From positions 56,034 to 120,033 of the forward strand of contig CAWEAK010000007.1 of assembly GCA_963806975.1 (NCBI GenBank): 64,000 nt of DNA. The letters run 5' to 3'. Each line of letters starts with the position of its first letter. The first letter of the stretch is position 1. Shown here in pieces: positions 56,689 through 64,000 of this stretch. The notes under the pieces were generated by a model. The model was not told the DNA's origin. It searched no databases and was given only the letters and a program-made list of their open reading frames with translations. The DNA comes from an uncultured Spirochaetota bacterium (GTDB lineage: Bacteria > Spirochaetota > Brevinematia > Brevinematales > JAOACQ01). A program made the position numbers and the translations under genes.

Positions 56689-58041
56689 ATGAAAGAGATT
56701 GTTAAGAAGGCCTGGCTGTTTTTACTTCCGCTGTTGTGTCTGCCGGTGTCTCTTTTTGCCGATGCCCCTGCTCCCGCAGCGGTTAATTCCGGTGATACGG
56801 CATGGGTTTTGACATCTGCCGCATTGGTGCTTATGATGACGGTACCGGCTCTCGCTCTGTTTTACGGCGGTATGGTTAGGAAGAAAAATATACTTTCAAC
56901 CATTTATTACAGCTTTGCTGCGGCTATTATTGTAAGTTTACTATGGGTAATCTGTCAGTATAGCCTGATTTTTACAGTCACTTCTTCCGATCCGAGTAAA
57001 GTGACTGGTTTTCATGAATGGTTCGGGACGCTGAGAGCGTCTTTCTTACATGGAATCACAGTGAATTCAATTCATCCCAATGCTCCGACTGTTCCGGAAT
57101 TTGCATATTCAATGTTTCAATTGATGTTTGCAATCATAACTGTTGCCTTAATATCAGGAGCTGTTGTGGAAAGAATGAGTTTTGCCGGGTGGTTCGTGTT
57201 CATAATTCTATGGTCTCTGATTGTTTATACCCCGCTTGCACACTGGGTCTGGAACCCGGAGGGATGGCTATGGCATAAAGGAGCGCTTGATTTTGCCGGC
57301 GGACTTGTTGTACATACATCTTCCGGGGTATCGGCGCTGATTGCTGTTATGGTTCTGGGACCAAGAATCGGCTTCAGAAGGAATCCGGTTAACCCACCTG
57401 CAAATATTGGCTATATTTTTATCGGGGCTGCTTTACTCTGGGTAGGGTGGTTCGGGTTTAACTCGGGAAGTGCTGTAGCCGCAAACGGTCTTGCAGGAAG
57501 CGCTTTTCTTGTAACCAATACTGCGGCAGCTATGGCGGCATTGACATGGCTCGTTCTTGAATGGATTATACATAAAAAACCAACCGTCGTCGGCGCTTCT
57601 ACAGGAGTTGTTGCCGGTCTGGTAGCGATAACCCCGGCTTCGGGTTTTGTTGATATTGGAGGCGCTTTGGTAATTGGTATAGTTGTAAGCTTAATATCTT
57701 TCACCTTTATGACTGTATTCAGAAGAATATTTAAATACGATGATGCTCTTGATGTTTTCAGTGTTCATGGACTTGGAGGGATGTGGGGCGCTTTGGCCAC
57801 AGGTATTTTTGCAACTCCAATAGTCAATTCCGCAGGAAAGGGAGCTGTTGCAGGAAATCCGGGTCAGATCGGAATCCAGTTAATATCAATAATAGCAGCG
57901 GCATTGATAGCAATAATAGGCACTCTTATATGTCTGTTCCTGACAAATCTGATAACCGGCGGCAATTTAAGAGCTAAAGAGGAAGCAGAAATTAATGGCC
58001 TGGATATCAGCCTCCATGGCGAACAGATAGAATCAAATTAA
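56689..58041 (+). CDS. amtB: Ammonium transporter
   Basis: Signal peptide, DTAWVLTSAALVLMMT.PALALFYGGMVR and DFAGG.VVH signatures. Confidence 0.9.
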   Translation: MKEIVKKAWLFLLPLLCLPVSLFADAPAPAAVNSGDTAWVLTSAALVLMMTVPALALFYGGMVRKKNILSTIYYSFAAAIIVSLLWVICQYSLIFTVTSSDPSKVTGFHEWFGTLRASFLHGITVNSIHPNAPTVPEFAYSMFQLMFAIITVALISGAVVERMSFAGWFVFIILWSLIVYTPLAHWVWNPEGWLWHKGALDFAGGLVVHTSSGVSALIAVMVLGPRIGFRRNPVNPPANIGYIFIGAALLWVGWFGFNSGSAVAANGLAGSAFLVTNTAAAMAALTWLVLEWIIHKKPTVVGASTGVVAGLVAITPASGFVDIGGALVIGIVVSLISFTFMTVFRRIFKYDDALDVFSVHGLGGMWGALATGIFATPIVNSAGKGAVAGNPGQIGIQLISIIAAALIAIIGTLICLFLTNLITGGNLRAKEEAEINGLDISLHGEQIESN

Positions 58042-58051
58042 GGAGAAAAAT

Positions 58052-58391
58052 ATGAAGAAAATAGAAGCAATTATCCGGCCGGATAAAACTTGAGGCTGTT
58101 GTTGAAAAATTGAGCGATTTGGGTTATTCGGGATTGAATTACATCGAGGTTCAGGGTAATGGCCGTCAGAAAGGTATGAAAGAGCTTTTTCGCGGCAGGG
58201 AATATGATGTAAAATTTATACCAAAAATAAAGATTGAAATAGTTACTACCGACGATAAATCAGAGGATATTATCGATGCCATTGTGAAGATCGCCGGAAC
58301 CGGACAGATCGGTGACGGAAAAATTTTCATAACCGATATAGCTGACGTAATTCGTGTAAGGACTAAAGAAAGAGGAGAATCTGCAATTTAA
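58052..58391 (+). CDS. glnK: Nitrogen regulatory protein P-II (apparent frameshift at codon ~12)
   Basis: MKKIEAIIRPDK then a stop. The next frame reads LEAVVEKLSDLGYSGLNYIEVQGNGRQKG...YDVKFIPKIKIEIV...GDGKIFI. An extra A sits in the run 58085-58088. Confidence 0.85.
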
Positions 58392-58402
58392 ATATAATTT
58401 TT

Positions 58403-58432
58403 CACGGCCTTCTGTTTAATCAGGCGGCCGTG
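58403..58432 (+). terminator. Candidate stem-loop terminator/attenuator between glnK and glnD
   Basis: CACGGCC (58403-58409) pairs with GGCCGTG (58426-58432). The following T-tract is weak. Confidence 0.4.
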
Positions 58433-58469
58433 GAATAATTTTATAGCAGCTATTCAGTTCAGGTAAAAT

Positions 58470-61149
58470 ATGGATATAACAAAATATGTAAAACAGGTTG
58501 AAAGAATACCGGTTAATTTAGCGCGTCGAGGATTTGATTCAAAATATTAAAGATATTGAATTTGATTTTTATGATTATTTAAAAAAAATAAATATTTCTA
58601 CATGGACACCCGGTAAAGGTTTATCCATATCGGCTAACCTCAGTTTGTTTTAAAGATTGTATTGTAAAAAAGGTAATCGAATCAACCGTGGAGGGGATTT
58701 TTCCAGATGGCATTGCAGTAGTTGCAGTCGGAGGATACGGACGAGGTGAATTATCACCATATTCGGATATCGATCTTTTGATATTACATACTGATAAAGC
58801 TCCGATTGAGAGTTTTGCCAAGGAATTTTTATATATTCTATGGGATATGAATTATCATCTCGGAAGCAGTACAAGAACAATTTCAAACGTTATAGATCAA
58901 GCTTATCAGGACGAACATTTTTTAACAGCTGTTTTTGAGGCTCGGTATATAGCCGGAGATGAGGAGATTTATTTCGAAGCTGAAACCTGTTTTAAAAAGA
59001 GTGATCTCTAGAAAGAGAACAGATTATTTAAAATCAAAAATCAATGAAATTTATAATATTTTTCAAAATAGTGGAAGCAGGACTTCAGATGAAGTGCTTT
59101 TACGTGAGCCGAATTTAAAGACAAATGCCGGAGGCTTGAGAAGCGTGCATCTGATGGAGTGGCTTAATTATATTTTTAATTTCCAGCCCGGTTTTGAAAG
59201 TCTAAAAGGGCAGTTGCCATATATATATTTTAAAAAATTGAGAATCGCTTACGATTTTATACTTTATATAAGAAATATGCTGCATTTTATAAATGGCAGA
59301 AAGGAAGATAACCTCTATTTAGATAGTCACCTTACTATAGCAAAGTACTTAAACCTTCATGGTGATGATATCCAGAAAATGAAGCGTCTTATGAAGCACT
59401 ATTATGAAAAGGCTATGGATATACTTATAATACTGCTGTATTATCTTGAGGAATTGAATATTAGATTTTTAAAGGGTAAAAAGGATAAATCTGTATTTAA
59501 TAAAAAGAATAGTAATAACAATTATTTTCTGTTAAATAATCAATTTTTCATTAAGGAGGGTGTAAAACCATCGGTAGATGAAGCTTTTGATCTGCTGTTT
59601 CAATTTGCCCAAATTCAAAATGCTCAAAAAAAATGTTTTTATACATTCAGTCTGATTAATTACTTAAAAAAGACATCTTTTTTAATCAGCGAAAATGATA
59701 GGACATCCCGAAGTACTTTTAAAAAATTCAGAAAAATTCTTGAATTGAACAATTCTTACGAAGCCCTTACAGTTATGAAATTATCAGGCTTTATTTACCG
59801 GTATATACCTTTATTCGGAAAAATCAAACATCTAATCCTTTATAACCCTTTTCATAAATATACTGTTGACCAGCATTCAATAGAATCTATCAGGGCTTTG
59901 GAAGCTCTTTTCTCAGTTAAAACAGATACTTTTAATATAGTCAAATTTATGACTCTTCAGGATCTGGCTGAAAAATATAAAACCAGCTTTTGGGTTATTA
60001 AATTATGTTTATTACTTCATGATGTTGGAAAGGTTTATGAAGGGGATCACTCGAAAAACAGCGTTGAGATGGCACAAATATACTTAAAAAAAATCCCGGT
60101 TTATTCTTCATATAAACAGGCAATTCTATTTCTGATAAAAAATCATCTTCTTCTGTCAAATATTGTTAGAAGGCGGGATGTTTCGAGTATACAAATACTA
60201 ATAGACTTGTCTCATGATTTTTCGCTTACTCCTTTCCCCGAGGAATATCTCGATTTTCTTTATTTAATTACATATGCCGATACCTATGCTACCAATGAGG
60301 GTAATTTCTCAGGATATTTTTCCGGATTACTTGTCCAGGTTTATAAAAATACTACCGGCCTTCTGCAAAGAAAGATTGATGAGGATTATCATAGGGATTT
60401 AATGAAACAAATTCATAACAGTTTGAGTTCTGCCGATGAAAATTCCGGGATAGGAGATTTCGTTGAAAGCATGAGCGATAGATATGTAATAACTCATAGT
60501 GAAGAAGATATAATTCAGGATTATAAAATATTTGTAGAAGTTAAAAAAAGCAATTATAAAATTGAATTAAATGCTTATAATGATTATTTTAAAGTTAAAT
60601 TCTTCATAAAAGACAAGATCGGCCTTTTTTCACTGTTAACAGGAATTCTCTTTATTAACGGAGCAGATATAATAAGGGCTGACATTCATACATATAGAGG
60701 CATCGCTCTTGATGAATTTTATATAAACCGGATATTTGGTCTTGATTTTTCAATGTTAAGCATGAATGAGCAACTGAGGATATGGAAGGAAAGATCTTGA
60801 AAAATATTATATGATATATGAAAATGATTATGAGTCTTTAAAATTAAAAATAAATTCGTTTAAAGAGAAGATTAAAAATGTAAATTCTTTTTTTCACAGG
60901 CAGAGCGAAGTTGAAATAAGGGAAAAGGATTCGTATTATTATAATATAGAAATTACATGTACTGACAGGCCGGCTTTGCTTTATGATATCGCATCTTATT
61001 TTTCAGATAATAAAATAGATATCTTAAACGCAATAATTGATACGACCGGATGGTATGTTCATGATGAATTTGATGTCAAAGTTCAAAATAAACTTACTAT
61101 TGAAGAAAAAAAAGCAATTAAAAATGAGCTTATTAGAATAACTAATTAG
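58470..61149 (+). pseudogene. glnD: [Protein-PII] uridylyltransferase/uridylyl-removing enzyme GlnD, fragmented by at least 4 frameshifts
   Basis: NTase core GIAVVAVGGYGRGELSPYSDIDLLILH, an HD domain (LLLHDVGK) and a C-terminal ACT domain (EITCTDRPALLYDIASYF). Frame changes lie near 58520-58550, 58615-58650, 58959-59011 and 60790-60811. Confidence 0.8.
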
Positions 61150-62710
61150 GGTTTGCTGAAAAACGCGAGTTCAACTCTACGCACAGGCAAAGCTGCTTTT
61201 TCTCCAAAAAAATATCTGGATAAAAATTTGGCGCAAAAGAAGCCGAAGCTTCTTTTCGATGTTTAACAAAAAGAAATTCACAGCTATCACCGATTCACTC
61301 GTGTTTGTAAGCTTTGTCATTATCAGGCTTAAACCGTATTTCCTTTTCCCGGTACCAAATTCTCCTTCCACCGCGTTCCGGATCGATATATCTTTCCGTT
61401 CCTGAGCTTTTACTTTTTCCCTTTCCTTCAGGTCAATCTTCGGCCTTCCCAATGGCGGCCCGCTTAATCTGATTCCTTTTCCCCTGCAATATTTCTGATT
61501 TGCCCTTGTCCGGTATATCTTATCCACTATAATCGCTTTTGGATAATATCCAAACCGTTTCCGGTATTTTTCCACCTGTTCCTGCAATATCGTTCCTTCG
61601 TTGAAGTTTTCCCAACTGATTTTATCTGTAAACGCATATCCATTCACCAGACTGATTGATACTTTCGCTCCAAACTCCACTTTGGCTCCAGCTTTACCTC
61701 TCACTATCGGCCTGACATGCGGCTGTGATATGCTCACTATTCTTCCTGAAATACTGTGTTTTCCCGTTTCAAACATCTCTTTCTGCTGTTCGTAAAGTCT
61801 TTTGATGATAATCAACCTTGCGTATTGTGTTACCGACAATTCCGTAGGATGTATCTTTTCCAGATATCTTAGGTCTCGGCTTACATAATTCAACTGTTTC
61901 CGTAGCGCTTGCCTCAGCTTCTGCTCGCTTAATTTCTTGTTCTTTGCTGCCAATAAATAATCTTTCCGGGCCTTTCGGGGATATGTCCTTGGTTTGACTG
62001 GCCAAAATTTCCCCTTTGCATAACCTTCGTCAATCATCTGTTCCAGTTTCATCCGCGCGTCATTCAATAAATTCAAGTCTGTCGGAAACTTGATGTCTGC
62101 GGGGACACAGGTCGCGTCCATCAACAGCTTCCCTTTGTTTTTCGGTTCATGGTCATCATCATCGTCGTTGCCTTTTTTCTTTTTCTTTTTTTCTTTCTTT
62201 TCAGCAAACAGGGCATTATTCACTTCTTCCAGCATTTCAGGTTTTACTCGTTTCCTAAAATATACCATCATTGTAGAATCAAACGGCTGCTTTCCCTGAT
62301 ATTCATTCAAGCCAATGAAATATTGATAATACGGGTTTTCAATAATCTGCGCTACGGTCTCCTCATCGGTAAAGCCAAACCGCTGCTGGATGATTAACGC
62401 TCCAACCGCCATCCTTACTTTCTTTGCACCTCGCCCGATGGCTTTGAATTGACTCGCATATTTTTCTTCAAGTAATCCCAGGGTATCAAATCCGCCATTT
62501 TTATCCATCGGTTGCCGGTATTCATCTTACCGCCAAATGGCTGATAAAAGTTTACGAACTTACATTCTTCCTTATTTTCTCTGTCGTACATTTTTCACCT
62601 CAAAATGCAAGGTTTTTATTGGCTTTCCCACTTTTTCCTTGCATTATTTTAAGGTAAAATCTAAAATATTTCATTATATTTCAACCAATTGGGAGTTTTT
62701 CAGCAAACCC
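61149..62710 (-). mobile_element. IS5/IS1182-like insertion sequence, about 1.56 kb
   Basis: Perfect 15-16 bp terminal inverted repeats GGGTTTGCTGAAAAAC (61149-61164 and the reverse complement at 62695-62710). Each is flanked by the palindrome CTAATTAG. It encloses a DDE transposase gene. Confidence 0.75.
61177..62591 (-). CDS. DDE transposase (InsH-N/DUF772 N-terminus plus DDE_Tnp_1 core), with an apparent 5' frameshift
   Basis: MYDRENKEECKFVNFYQPFGGKMNTGNRWIKMADLIPWD is in one frame. LLEEKYASQFKAIGRGAKKVRMAVGALIIQQRFGFTDEE... is in ORF 61177..62508. The lesion lies near 62470-62485. Confidence 0.8.
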
Positions 62711-62840
62711 TAATTAGAATACCTTTTCTGTATTAGCTGATTTATGAAGACTACCTATCATATTTTAAAGCTGAAAAAATAAGGCAATTCATTGTTATTG
62801 TTTCAACCATAAATATAATTTAAGAATTTGTTTTATAAAT

Positions 62841-62940
62841 TACTGAGTTGCAATCAAAACAATATTAATACGAAACTCAATATAATACTAAGTAAGCATT
62901 CAATTGTTCGTTAACACTTACATTGAATGCAACTTGGTAT
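62841..62940 (+). repeat. Copy 2 of the ~100-nt structured intergenic repeat
   Basis: Aligns end to end with 8701..8799. The terminal 12-mers are identical. Confidence 0.6.
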
Positions 62941-62995
62941 AAGATTGAGATTATAACATAAAATAATATGAATGGATATTTATTTCAATATATAC

Positions 62996-63022
62996 TAATC
63001 AAATAAATGTAATTTCCGATAA
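62996..63022 (+). promoter_or_regulatory. Weak sigma-28-like promoter candidate (TAAT-N15-TCCGATAA) upstream of flgB
   Basis: Compared with TAAA-N15-GCCGATAA. It lies 27 nt upstream of the flgB ATG. AT-rich context. Confidence 0.25.
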
Positions 63023-63048
63023 TTTTAAAAAAGACCTGGAGATAATTT

Positions 63049-63471
63049 ATGTTTTATGGAACAAATACACATTTTGATAAAAAGATGGATATGCTTGAAA
63101 TGGCTATAAATGCCTCAACCATTAGAAGGGATGTTATAGCCGATAACATTGCAAATGCCGATACTCCTTTTTTTAAAAGGTCTGAAGTGACTTTTGAATC
63201 TGAGCTTCAAAGAGCGGTTGAATCTGAAAATGAGCCGCAATTTAAGGCTGTGTTGACAGACCCAAGGCATATTTCATTTGATGAGGTTATTGATTATAAA
63301 AATGTAAAACCTAAAATAAGCGTCGAGTATGATTCTAATTATAGAAACGATAAAAATAATGTTGATATAGATAAAGAAATGACAGATTCCACAAAAAACG
63401 CTTTGCAGTATAATGCCTTTTTGGAAATTTATTCAAGAAATATCAAGATAATTGACTATGTTATGAAATAG
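63049..63471 (+). CDS. flgB: Flagellar basal-body rod protein FlgB
   Basis: RRDVIADNIANADTPFFKRSEVTFESEL (rod protein N-terminal motif). 140 aa. Confidence 0.85.
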   Translation: MFYGTNTHFDKKMDMLEMAINASTIRRDVIADNIANADTPFFKRSEVTFESELQRAVESENEPQFKAVLTDPRHISFDEVIDYKNVKPKISVEYDSNYRNDKNNVDIDKEMTDSTKNALQYNAFLEIYSRNIKIIDYVMK

Positions 63472-63510
63472 AATTGAGTTAAAGCATTTTTGATTAGACA
63501 GGAGAATATT

Positions 63511-63967
63511 ATGGGGATTTTTAATACGCTGAATATCAGTTCCAGTGGTTTAACGGCACAGAGGCTTAGAGTCGATGTAATAGCTAATAATATTGCAAAT
63601 TCAACAACAACAAGAACCACAGACGGCGGCCCTTTTCAGAGATACCAGGGTAGTTTTAAGACCAATTGATGATAGTTTAACTTTCAAGTCGCATTTGCTG
63701 CCTGAAACCCTTGAGAAAAGGGAAGGAAAAGGTGTTAGAGTAATGAAAATAGAGAAAGATGAACAGCCTCCGAGGATGGTTTATGACCCGACTCATCCCG
63801 ATGCCCTGCAATCAGGTAAATGGAAGGGGTATGTCATGTACCCAAATGTTAATATTGTCCAGGAAATGGTAGATATGATATCGGCAAACAGGAGCTATGA
63901 AGCCAATGTAACAATGATTAATTCCGCAAGGCAGATGTTTGAAAAAGCTTTGTCTATAGGTAAATAG
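63511..63967 (+). CDS. flgC: Flagellar basal-body rod protein FlgC (apparent frameshift)
   Basis: [45 protein letters not shown] is in frame 1 (stop at 63667-63669). VVLRPID...YDPTHPDA...[23 protein letters not shown] is in ORF 63593..63967. The lesion lies near 63640-63667. Confidence 0.85.
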
Positions 63968-64000
63968 AATAAATACTTTAGATTTAACAACTTATTAAAA

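Noticed and set aside
1-64000. Search for CRISPR arrays, tRNA/rRNA genes, toxin-antitoxin pairs, restriction-modification systems or other defence systems
   Set aside because: I saw no short direct repeats with unique spacers, no cloverleaf-capable GC-rich segments, and no nuclease, methylase or reverse-transcriptase signatures in any ORF.

Overview
This is an AT-rich window (roughly one-third G+C by eye) from a flagellated, diderm, probably anaerobic bacterium. FlgB/FlgC, the fused phosphonate enzymes and the many ankyrin genes recall spirochaetes, but that is from memory and cannot be verified here.

Gene content, left to right:
- Surface-glycan locus (1-4346): WbaP-like priming transferase, GT4 glycosyltransferase, B12-radical SAM enzyme.
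- A 470-bp hairpin-rich intergenic region.
- Accessory patch (4819-9186): CMD-family protein, TetR, three paralogous small membrane proteins, an 85-aa FliG-C-terminal-domain-only protein, DinB, an SDR remnant and an ankyrin gene.
- An EFR1-type flavodoxin/ferredoxin paralog split by a complete IS21-family element with a 5-bp target duplication.
- A TetR / J-domain / EFR1 module carrying two copies of an 18-bp palindromic operator.
- MscS, an FAD oxidoreductase, TPR/Bat-like proteins, MBL hydrolases, a Maf (DUF115) glycosyltransferase, PAP2 and a thioesterase.
- An MBL / alpha-toroid / TIGR04076 trio.
- A 2-aminoethylphosphonate cluster (27053-35171): PepM-NTase fusion, Ppd, NTase-AEP transaminase fusion, TagF-like transferase and a polytopic AP-superfamily transferase.
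- A giant BadF/BcrA-type 'CoA enzyme activase', a PPPDE-like protein and an IS110-family element with a structured 5' leader (bridge-RNA candidate).
- A more G+C-rich DLH + anaerobic sulfatase maturase pair.
- A TolC-MarR-EmrA-EmrB efflux operon and an 11-repeat ankyrin gene.
- gcvT-H-PA-PB.
- A sigma-54-driven amtB-glnK-glnD locus.
- An IS5-like element.
- flgB-flgC.

Two window-wide observations stand out. First, about 20 frameshift or deletion lesions affect about 13 otherwise conserved genes, several of them at A/T or C homopolymer runs. This is either systematic indel error in the assembly or real gene decay. Second, a ~100-nt structured repeat occurs three times in intergenic DNA. I found no CRISPR array, tRNA, rRNA or recognisable defence system.
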